DNA from: an uncultured virus (IMG/VR IMGVR_UViG_3300042908_000623)
Lineage: Duplodnaviria > Heunggongvirae > Uroviricota > Caudoviricetes
Reading direction: 5' to 3' (one strand)
IMG/VR virus record: IMGVR_UViG_3300042908_000623
Length of the DNA: 20,000 bases
A program made the position numbers and the translations under genes. Positions 7,652-14,196 of this stretch are shown here, one piece after another. Positions within the stretch are counted from its first letter, which is position 1, and each line of letters begins with the position of its first letter. Under the pieces are notes generated by a model. It searched no databases and was not told the origin of the DNA. It saw only the letters and a program-made list of their open reading frames with translations.

Positions 7652-8457
7652 TCAGTGGCAATTGGTGACATTCCAATGCGTTTTGCCACAGGCGCAAGTG
7701 TGGCAGTCCTGCCGATCGACTGGAATAGCTCCTGACGCACTTCCGGATCGGTGATGTTGTTGATTGCCGTTAAACCACGCTGCTTGACGCGCGCAAATTC
7801 CTCGACCGCTTGAACGTATTTTTCCTCGAGAATGACTTTGCGCTTGAAGTGTTCGAGCTTTTCATTCTCAACCAGTGCCTGTGATTCAAGGGCGAGGCTC
7901 TCGGTCATCAGGTGCGCCCGATCCTGCTCAATCGCCATCACAGCGTTGGCTCTCGCCTCATTGATTGCGGTTGACCAGTGGGCATAGTGCAGCACACAAA
8001 CGGCAAAAACCATCGCTCCGAAGAGCAGAGGAAATGCCACGTATTTTGAGTAATTGTAGATGGGTTCAGCGATCGACGGCCCGACTTCTGACAACTGGTA
8101 GAGAGCGGCGCAGCCGTGGACAAACGAAAGCACGGTGAATGAGATTGCGAAGATCCGCAGCCACCGCTGATGATTGCCTGCTGATTTGTTTTGATTGTTC
8201 CAGAAATAGATGGCGCACGCCTCAAAAAGCAGTGCCACGCAACCGAGAGCCACGCCCCACACTCCAGGGATGTGGGAGTAGAAGAGATGAAAGTTGAGGC
8301 TGGCAAGAATTGCAAACACCGCATATTTCACCACGGCCAAGAATCCGCCAGTGCCGGCAAGGTCAAATTTGCCAGCCTCCTCACGCAGCTTCTTTGCGTT
8401 ATTGCCATTGCGCGATTCCTGATTCATCGCATCCCCAAAATTGAAAAGATTGCCCAT
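7624..8457 (-). CDS. Four-TM membrane protein with C-terminal coiled coil
   Basis: RBS GGAGG; four hydrophobic segments (FLAVVKYAVFAILASLNFHLF, WGVALGCVALLFEACAIYFW, IFAISFTVLSFVHGCAALY, VAFPLLFGAMVFAVCVLHY), then a helical charged region. Confidence 0.85.
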   Translation of the reverse strand: MGNLFNFGDAMNQESRNGNNAKKLREEAGKFDLAGTGGFLAVVKYAVFAILASLNFHLFYSHIPGVWGVALGCVALLFEACAIYFWNNQNKSAGNHQRWLRIFAISFTVLSFVHGCAALYQLSEVGPSIAEPIYNYSKYVAFPLLFGAMVFAVCVLHYAHWSTAINEARANAVMAIEQDRAHLMTESLALESQALVENEKLEHFKRKVILEEKYVQAVEEFARVKQRGLTAINNITDPEVRQELFQSIGRTATLAPVAKRIGMSPIATDPKDSAPTE

Positions 8458-8483
8458 TTCGTCCTCCGTTAAACTGGTAAGAA

Positions 8484-9185
8484 TTACTTACAAGTTGATG
8501 TTGTGATTTTCTGCGCTTTTTTTGCAGCGTTTTTGCACGTTACTGAACAATATTTCTGCGGCGCGCGGTTTGCGTGTAGTCGGTACTTGCAGACGACTAC
8601 CCTTTCGCAGAGCTGACAGACGATCGTTGGACGCTCGAGCTTTGGCCGCCCTGCGCCATTGTCCGCAAATGCTCGAGGGTTCCAATCGTACACGCCAAAC
8701 GTGTAGGCATATTGGTTTCGCTCATCCGCAGCACGAGGGCCACGACTCTCGACTTCTTGCCAATTGCGCTGCCTCATATCAGGGAACTTGATGCGCCTTG
8801 TTCCTTTGATAGTCGTGTGTAGGCGCGTCAGGTACAGTCGTTCAGCGTAGGCCATTGCCAGCGCGTACACCTCAGCACCGCCGGCAACAAATAACTCTGT
8901 CTCCCCCTGCTCTCGCGCGTAGTCGATCGCGGAGGTAAGTGACAGCTTGGCGATCGCGCCGGATGCCTCAACCAGTTTGGTGTAGTGCTCCGTCAGGACG
9001 ATCAACGATCGCCCAGGTAGACCCTCAGCTGCCAACGATGCCCACGTCAGCCGCCCCATAATCACGTGATGGCCTTGGGTGAGTCGTGCAAATTCGCGCA
9101 GGTCATCGGCCTGCTTCCATGGCAGCTCGCCATTCTGGCCGATAGTACCAACCTCGTCCATGGCAACGATAATGGAGACCCTCAT
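8484..9185 (-). CDS. folA: Dihydrofolate reductase with C-terminal Cys4 zinc-finger extension
   Basis: IIVAMDEVGTIGQNGELPW..ADDLREF, VIMGRLTW.SL, LPGR..IVLT, FVAGGAEVY, LYLTRL; tail CQLC...KYCSVTCK. RBS GGAGG before ATG 9185. Confidence 0.9.
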   Translation of the reverse strand: MRVSIIVAMDEVGTIGQNGELPWKQADDLREFARLTQGHHVIMGRLTWASLAAEGLPGRSLIVLTEHYTKLVEASGAIAKLSLTSAIDYAREQGETELFVAGGAEVYALAMAYAERLYLTRLHTTIKGTRRIKFPDMRQRNWQEVESRGPRAADERNQYAYTFGVYDWNPRAFADNGAGRPKLERPTIVCQLCERVVVCKYRLHANRAPQKYCSVTCKNAAKKAQKITTSTCK

Positions 9186-9595
9186 GAGATCCTCCAATTG
9201 TCGGCCAGGTAATCAACGAGCGTCTGCCGCGCAGCGTCGAAACCGTAGCAAACAGCGTGGCCGTAACCCTGCGAAATCAGCAGGTCGCGCCAGCGTCGCT
9301 GCTCTGGTGCAAGTGATCCGGACTCGGCCTTCATTTCGACGAATAATCCGTGGTATCCGCATCGAGCAACAGGCAACATCAGATCCGGGATGCCAGCTTT
9401 GACACCTTCGCGCTTCATCGCCACCGCCACCGAAGGCAGGCGATGCCCCCCGTTGGGGATCGCAAAAAGTAGGCCAAGCTCCGGCTGGTTTGGCTGCGCG
9501 AGTGTCGCCCACTGGATCAGCACGCTTTGCTCTTCGTGTTCGGACGGCACGAGGCGGCGCGTTCTGGTTGATGTTTTCCAGCGTCTATTTGTCAT
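9182..9595 (-). CDS. VRR-NUC domain endonuclease (Holliday junction resolvase-like)
   Basis: SEHEEQ, FAIPNGGHR, GVKAGIPDL, GLFVEMKAESGSLAPEQ: PD-(D/E)xK VRR-NUC motifs. Confidence 0.9.
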   Translation of the reverse strand: MTNRRWKTSTRTRRLVPSEHEEQSVLIQWATLAQPNQPELGLLFAIPNGGHRLPSVAVAMKREGVKAGIPDLMLPVARCGYHGLFVEMKAESGSLAPEQRRWRDLLISQGYGHAVCYGFDAARQTLVDYLADNWRIS

Positions 9596-9872
9596 ACATT
9601 CCACCCTCTCCAATGCGCTCGATCTCTTCATCAAGCAGCCAATGAGTGATGGCAATTCGTCGCCCCTCTTGGTCTACGCCCATCCACTCCCCGCAGGCCA
9701 AGCGATGGACGCGCCATTGGGACTGCTGAAAATGAAAATATCCCATCAGGCCTGCGCCGTTGCTGCGCTCTCTGATGGCCTCGACCGTGCCGCGATAGCA
9801 AAAGCGTGATCCGCTGGCCGTCGTGACCTGGATAATCTGGTTGTGTCGATAGGTTGATTGCTGTGGCCTCAT
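9585..9872 (-). CDS. Hypothetical protein (95 aa)
   Basis: ATG 9872 coupled to the upstream stop (TAATG), RBS GGAGGTGG. Confidence 0.6.
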   Translation of the reverse strand: MRPQQSTYRHNQIIQVTTASGSRFCYRGTVEAIRERSNGAGLMGYFHFQQSQWRVHRLACGEWMGVDQEGRRIAITHWLLDEEIERIGEGGMYDK

Positions 9873-10480
9873 TATCGTCCACCTCCCCGCAGGCAAAACG
9901 CACACCGGCATTTCGGCGATACGTCCGGACTCGTGGGAATCCATCGGCCGTAGGCGTCGCGATCCCATCCTTCTGATACTGGTGTAGCCCTGCGCTGATT
10001 AACTGGCGTGGCGGCGCACTGGCAAGCGTATACAGGGTAATGCCACTCGTTACCTGTCGGGCAATACGTAGCAATGCTGGCATATCCGGTGTCACCGCAA
10101 TATTTGCAACCAACGGTATCATCCATGTGGCGCGCTGAATACTGCGCCGTCTGCCGATGCTGGCGATCCTCGAGGATGAGTGCTTTGTATGCCGGAAGAA
10201 TGGCCATCACTGGAAATGACCTCGACCAGTCGTGGTCTTTCGTGGCACGTCGCCAAGCAGGGACAAGCAAATGATCCGGCACTTCGGCCAGAGCGTCGAG
10301 CCAGGTTGATACCGCCAACGTCAGCTCATCACCCGCCGAAAGCGGCAGGGAGCTTAAAGATCGAGTCTGCTGGATCAGGGCGATCATCGCCGCCTTCCTG
10401 TCCTGTGAGTTTTGCGATGAGATTGAAGGTCTCTCGAGCTGCGCGCTCGTTGTGCGATTCGCGTTTATGTCCATTTCCAT
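9872..10480 (-). CDS. Putative helicase loader/inhibitor-like protein with Zn-binding motifs
   Basis: Directly follows and overlaps the initiator; helical W...LAEVP..LL..AW.RA......FP pattern, CKYCGDTGY, CQC, CRCAFC. Start uncertain (10480, 10474 or 10387). Confidence 0.55.
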   Translation of the reverse strand: MEMDINANRTTSAQLERPSISSQNSQDRKAAMIALIQQTRSLSSLPLSAGDELTLAVSTWLDALAEVPDHLLVPAWRRATKDHDWSRSFPVMAILPAYKALILEDRQHRQTAQYSARHMDDTVGCKYCGDTGYASIATYCPTGNEWHYPVYACQCAATPVNQRRATPVSEGWDRDAYGRWIPTSPDVSPKCRCAFCLRGGGR

Positions 10481-11252
10481 TCTTTGCATTGGCCTGATAC
10501 TCCTTGTCTCTAATATCTTGAGTTTCGAAACGATTATACTTGTCAATCATCCCGTGAATGTTGTTGCGGCTGTGCTTGTGATCGCGCCATATCTGCATGA
10601 CCTGTCGCCATATGTGCAACTTGCTGATGTCTGCATTTGCAATCAGCTCCTGTTGCCAGATCCCCATTTGCGGAAAAAAGCTGACTGCAATTGATACAGC
10701 GTCCTCCTCCTGCAGTGTGTGCGGTCTGGCTGGTGTCGTCTCCTGCGAGATCACCAAAGCCTCACGCGCACTCACCCTCTCTGATGTAGTCTCTGTAGTA
10801 GTCTCTGTAGTAGTCTCTGCTAATAAGAATGTATGCCCATTTTGGGCTTGCTTGCTTGCACGTTTTGGGCTTTCTAGTATGTCCATTTCGGGCATACTGG
10901 CTTGACCGTTTTGGACATGCTGATCTGCCGTTAAAAGGCATTCAAGAATGTCCATATCGACTCGATAATAAAGCTTTGCGGGTACGCCACGCAGCTGCTC
11001 ACACCACAATGGTTTGCCCTCAAAGGTGATCTCACGCAGTCGACGACGAGCAGATTCTTGCTCTTTTCGACTCAGCATGGTCTCTTCAAACCATTCATCC
11101 TGAGTCTTCCAAAACCATCCCTGCGGATCTTTCGTCTTCCCCGTCCAGTACACGGCCTGACTGAGCATCAATCCAGATGTCACGGATCCGGCCAGCTCTG
11201 CAAGGCATCGATGGAAGGCAATTGGACTTCCAAGAATTTTAGTCAGCTTCAA
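10329..11252 (-). CDS. Phage replication initiator (replisome organizer, lambda-O-like)
   Basis: N-terminal wHTH PIAFHR...LMLSQAVYW...GWFWKTQDEWFEETMLSRKEQESARRRL...RGVPAKLYYRVD; ETTT linker; internal iterons; TTG start after GGAGG. Confidence 0.85.
   Translation of the reverse strand: MKLTKILGSPIAFHRCLAELAGSVTSGLMLSQAVYWTGKTKDPQGWFWKTQDEWFEETMLSRKEQESARRRLREITFEGKPLWCEQLRGVPAKLYYRVDMDILECLLTADQHVQNGQASMPEMDILESPKRASKQAQNGHTFLLAETTTETTTETTSERVSAREALVISQETTPARPHTLQEEDAVSIAVSFFPQMGIWQQELIANADISKLHIWRQVMQIWRDHKHSRNNIHGMIDKYNRFETQDIRDKEYQANAKNGNGHKRESHNERAARETFNLIAKLTGQEGGDDRPDPADSIFKLPAAFGG
10830..10921. repeat. Four tandem 23-bp quasi-palindromic iterons (probable replication origin)
   Basis: TGTATGCCCATTTTGGGCTTGCT / TGCTTGCACGTTTTGGGCTTTCT / AGTATGTCCATTTCGGGCATACT / GGCTTGACCGTTTTGGACATGCT. 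Confidence 0.8.
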
Positions 11253-11261
11253 GTAACCTCC

Positions 11262-11416
11262 AAACAAAAAGCCCTTTGAGAAAACGGGCAGGTGGGAAAC
11301 TGGTGATAGGTTGACGGCCTATCGGTTGCCTGACCCGCCTTCTCAAAAGGCTCATTGATGTTGATATTGCCCAGTTTCCCATGTGGCCTCCGTTGCCGGG
11401 CGTCACCCCAGCGGCC
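11262..11416 (-). ncRNA. Structured leader RNA of the replication operon (C4/CI-like architecture)
   Basis: 83-nt nested hairpin 11270-11352 (AGCCUUUUGAGAA/UUCUCAAAGGGCU; GAUAGG/CCUAUC) followed by UUUUGUUU and the RBS; upstream UGGGAAACUGG is complementary to internal CCAGUUUCCCA. Confidence 0.55.
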
Positions 11417-11422
11417 AGATAC

Positions 11423-11431
11423 ATTATAGCA
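11423..11431 (-). promoter_or_regulatory. Extended -10 promoter
   Basis: TGCTATAAT (TGn + TATAAT) upstream of the structured leader. Confidence 0.6.
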
Positions 11432-11455
11432 AAAAATTAGGGGGATTGCTCCCCC
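11431..11455 (-). terminator. Intrinsic terminator with GNRA loop
   Basis: GGGGGA-GCAA-TCCCCC-TAATTTTTT. Confidence 0.65.
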
Positions 11456-11504
11456 TTCAGTGGAACCAATTGGAGAAAATAACCATGAAACTCCAACGCA
11501 TTGT

Positions 11505-11554
11505 TGGAAGAGATAGCGGGGAGTTGCACCCCGATTGGCTCGGCCTCTATCCCT
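11505..11554 (-). ncRNA. tRNA-like minihelix (acceptor stem, T-arm, CCA)
   Basis: AGGGAUAG...CGGGG-UGCAACU-CCCCG-CUAUCUCU-U-CCA; no anticodon arm. Confidence 0.45.
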
Positions 11555-11733
11555 GCCGCACCCTGCCCCGGAATGCGGCGATTGACTGGTTGCGGGATCA
11601 CCGCCGGTCGCTCTGTTGTGCTGTAACCAAAATCCCTTGATGCCAAAGCGATAAAAAGAACGGCCCAGTCAAACTGTCAAATAGGATGGGGGGAGGCTCC
11701 GAGTGAGTGATTCCGCCTCCCCGATCCCGGCAA

Positions 11734-12012
11734 TTAGGGTTCGTTAGTTCCCTCGGGCTGCGGGTGAGCGTCCGTTGCCGGTGTCTCTGCGATGTCTGCG
11801 GCTTTGGCTGATCGCAACGCACCCGGACGCGCCGTGGTGTCACGAGCTGTCAGCACAGCCTGCCGGGCAAATAGATATAGTGGGCGACGCTGACCGCCGC
11901 GCAGGACATGCACAGCCGTCAGGTGTCCGGCCTTCAGCCAGACCAATATGTTCTGGCGGGTCGTCCCTGCCAGCTCAGCCGCCTGCGATGATGTCATCAG
12001 TTCGTCGTTCAT
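11734..12012 (-). CDS. Excisionase/MerR-type HTH DNA-binding protein (Cro-position regulator)
   Basis: LMTSSQAAELAGTTRQNILVWLKAGHLTA...RRPLYLF (HTH_17 pattern); probably leaderless from ATG 12012. Confidence 0.75.
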   Translation of the reverse strand: MNDELMTSSQAAELAGTTRQNILVWLKAGHLTAVHVLRGGQRRPLYLFARQAVLTARDTTARPGALRSAKAADIAETPATDAHPQPEGTNEP

Positions 12013-12019
12013 CGCTGCC

Positions 12020-12048
12020 ATCCTACATGTAGATGTCCAATGTGTCAA
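12020..12048 (-). promoter_or_regulatory. Leftward sigma70 promoter
   Basis: TTGACA-17 nt-TAGGAT, with ATG 7 nt downstream. Confidence 0.75.
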
Positions 12049-12115
12049 TAGGAAAATTAGAACAAGGCGGAAAGGCTTACGGTAAATCTTTTTTTAAGGT
12101 ACAGCTATTTTCTTA

Positions 12116-12144
12116 TTGACAACTAAGGTGACTCGGCATATAGT
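12116..12144 (+). promoter_or_regulatory. Rightward early sigma70 promoter 1
   Basis: TTGACA-17 nt-TATAGT with an AT-rich upstream element. Confidence 0.85.
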
Positions 12145-12208
12145 GCATTCATCGACGGGGGCAATGAGGTTCTCGAAGATAACAACGACGGACAATAGGA
12201 GAACGACA

Positions 12209-12664
12209 ATGAAGATGGCAACCAGCAATTACAAAAAAGCGCACAGCAAGATTGTCGTTGGCGGTCAAAACGTAGTGCTGGAGCAGTCAGCCGCCGCCCC
12301 ACTGTTGGGCACTGCGATTGAATGCGATGGTGGCTGGTATCAAATCACTGTCCTTTTCACTCGCCGGATGACGATTTCAAATATGTACGTGCTGGGCGGA
12401 GTCAAAATCTCCGCCAAAAAAGCAAACGAGTTGATGGCCGTCGTTGCCATCAAAAAAGAGTGCGAACGCATCTGGTACACCTGCCCGAGGTTTTCGGGAA
12501 TGCCTGACTCCCGGATTGACGAGGCGCGCGTAGCCTTTGGCGCGGCTGTCGCTCGATTGGCAGCGTTTGATTCAGTACTCGTGACTGACTGCTATCAGGG
12601 CAGTCAGGCAGGCAATAACAGCAAGCCAGTCTGGACGAAGCCAAGCCACTTGCTTGGATTATAA
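12209..12664 (+). CDS. Hypothetical early protein (151 aa)
   Basis: RBS AGGAG before ATG 12209; the ORF-track start at 12116 is the promoter -35 box. Confidence 0.7.
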   Translation: MKMATSNYKKAHSKIVVGGQNVVLEQSAAAPLLGTAIECDGGWYQITVLFTRRMTISNMYVLGGVKISAKKANELMAVVAIKKECERIWYTCPRFSGMPDSRIDEARVAFGAAVARLAAFDSVLVTDCYQGSQAGNNSKPVWTKPSHLLGL

Positions 12665-12678
12665 CGCCTTTATCAGCC

Positions 12679-13045
12679 GCTCGCCGTCGGGCCGCACAAC
12701 CACAGGAGAAAACAATGCGCACGATTAACATTAAATCAAAAGGTCAGCAGTCAAATAGTGGATGGAATCGTACTGGTTGCACCAACTGGTGGGCAGGCTA
12801 TCGCGTCAACGGCAATATGACGTTTCTTCAGATCGCGCCACGTCGCGGTGACCGTCAGCTTGATTGCACTGTCGAGGTTCCCGATAAGGTTACAGAAATT
12901 CTGATCGGTGCTGGCAAAGCTGGCAAAGATGCTCACCGCGAAACGATCGCGGTTCCGGTCGAGACGGTCGAGACGTCAGAGATCGCCTAATTATCCACCA
13001 CAACCAGCAGCTCGCCGTCGGGCCGCATAACGACAGGAGAAAACA
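12679..13045 (+). repeat. 36-bp direct repeat pair containing the RBS (12679-12714, 13010-13045)
   Basis: GCTCGCCGTCGGGCCGCAYAACSACAGGAGAAAACA, 34/36 identical. Confidence 0.85.
12715..12990 (+). CDS. Hypothetical early protein (91 aa)
   Basis: RBS AGGAG; flanked by the 36-bp repeats. Confidence 0.75.
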   Translation: MRTINIKSKGQQSNSGWNRTGCTNWWAGYRVNGNMTFLQIAPRRGDRQLDCTVEVPDKVTEILIGAGKAGKDAHRETIAVPVETVETSEIA

Positions 13046-13695
13046 TGAACCAGATCAACAGCAAGCACATCATCGCAATTTTGAAGCATTTGGGATACGG
13101 CGGATTCGCCGCCAATGTCCCGGAGAATCTGGATTTATTCCAGACTCTGACCAACAACGAAACGTCAATGAGAATTCGTCGCATCGAGCATACTTGCACT
13201 TTCGAGTGGAGCTCTCATGAGCGTCCCCAGCTTTACCGACGCGCGACGCTTGCGCTTGAGGGCGACACGCTGACGTTTACGGAGACATTTGAGCCCCGAT
13301 CCTACTCAGAGCGCAGCCACTGGCGCGCGCTCTACGCAGCCACCCATCAGGGCGACGACGGACTTTTTGAGGGGACTGTATGGTCAGAACTGGCCGCCCA
13401 AATGACCCTGCCGGGAAAGCGCATTTATCCGCCGGGGACGTCCTACCTGCGAGTTCAGGACGAACTACAGACCGCCAACCCATCAGTCTGGCGATGGCTG
13501 AAATTTTCGTGGGCAGTCATATCGCTTCGCCCAGGCCTCTGGACAGGTGACCCACACCTGCCGATGGAGATCGTCGATGAAGATCCTATCGGCCCGTGGA
13601 CGTCATTCGGGCTCATCTACGAGTCGTCCTGTGGCCGGACGACCGGCGCGGCAATGGTCACTCCGTTCCGGCGATGCCGATTGGAGGTGGCATAA
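13045..13695 (+). CDS. Hypothetical protein (216 aa)
   Basis: RBS AGGAG; long ORF within the operon. Confidence 0.75.
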   Translation: MNQINSKHIIAILKHLGYGGFAANVPENLDLFQTLTNNETSMRIRRIEHTCTFEWSSHERPQLYRRATLALEGDTLTFTETFEPRSYSERSHWRALYAATHQGDDGLFEGTVWSELAAQMTLPGKRIYPPGTSYLRVQDELQTANPSVWRWLKFSWAVISLRPGLWTGDPHLPMEIVDEDPIGPWTSFGLIYESSCGRTTGAAMVTPFRRCRLEVA

Positions 13696-13865
13696 TGCGC
13701 ACAATCAATCTTTGGCGGCCAGTCGATGGCACCACCTCTATCGCTATTCGATGGATCGTCGCCTACCAGGTGGACGAGGACATAATCATCGAGACGCTTG
13801 ACGGTGTTACCCGGAGATTCCCGGTAACACCCAGCAATATGGCGGAAATGAAAAAACTTAAGTAA
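13695..13865 (+). CDS. Hypothetical protein (56 aa)
   Basis: TAATG coupling, RBS GGAGGTGG; MRTINLWRPVDG... Confidence 0.65.
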   Translation: MRTINLWRPVDGTTSIAIRWIVAYQVDEDIIIETLDGVTRRFPVTPSNMAEMKKLK

Positions 13866-13879
13866 CTGTTATTTTCTTG

Positions 13880-13908
13880 TTGACAAATAAGGGCGGTAGT
13901 CATAATAT
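13880..13908 (+). promoter_or_regulatory. Rightward early sigma70 promoter 2
   Basis: TTGACA-17 nt-TAATAT; 13858-13892 matches 12094-12128 at 29/35 positions. Confidence 0.8.
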
Positions 13909-13938
13909 CGCCCTGTCAGCAAATACTACAGGAGGACG

Positions 13939-14154
13939 ATGATGATGGACGAACAACCGATTGAAATTCAGCTCGAATACCAGGCGTGGCTTGACTCAAC
14001 GCGCCAGTGCGTTGACGAGGATTGCCTCAATGGCGTGATCGTTGGCCCCACATACTTGGCATTTGACGGCAGCGTCAATTGGTCAGAGACACCGTGCCCG
14101 ATATGCGCACCTGACATCGCGTCAGGGTGCGACGACGAGAACATCCCTTTTTAA
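13939..14154 (+). CDS. Small Cys4 protein with SSB-like acidic C-terminal tail
   Basis: RBS AGGAGG; CVDEDC...CPIC; ends DDENIPF. Confidence 0.7.
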   Translation: MMMDEQPIEIQLEYQAWLDSTRQCVDEDCLNGVIVGPTYLAFDGSVNWSETPCPICAPDIASGCDDENIPF

Positions 14155-14196
14155 CGCAGTTATCAGGGGCTACGGCCCCACAACAGGAGATCACCA

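Noticed and set aside
10786..10820. 12-bp tandem repeat (GTAGTCTCTGTA)
   Set aside because: It is in frame and encodes the ETTT linker common in phage initiators, so it is explained at protein level.
11505..11554. Canonical tRNA gene
   Set aside because: Only 50 nt, with no proper D arm and no anticodon arm; kept only as a tRNA-like element.
11383..11843. ORFs of 61-85 aa across the structured region
   Set aside because: No convincing RBS or protein-like features, and they cross a terminator and promoter.
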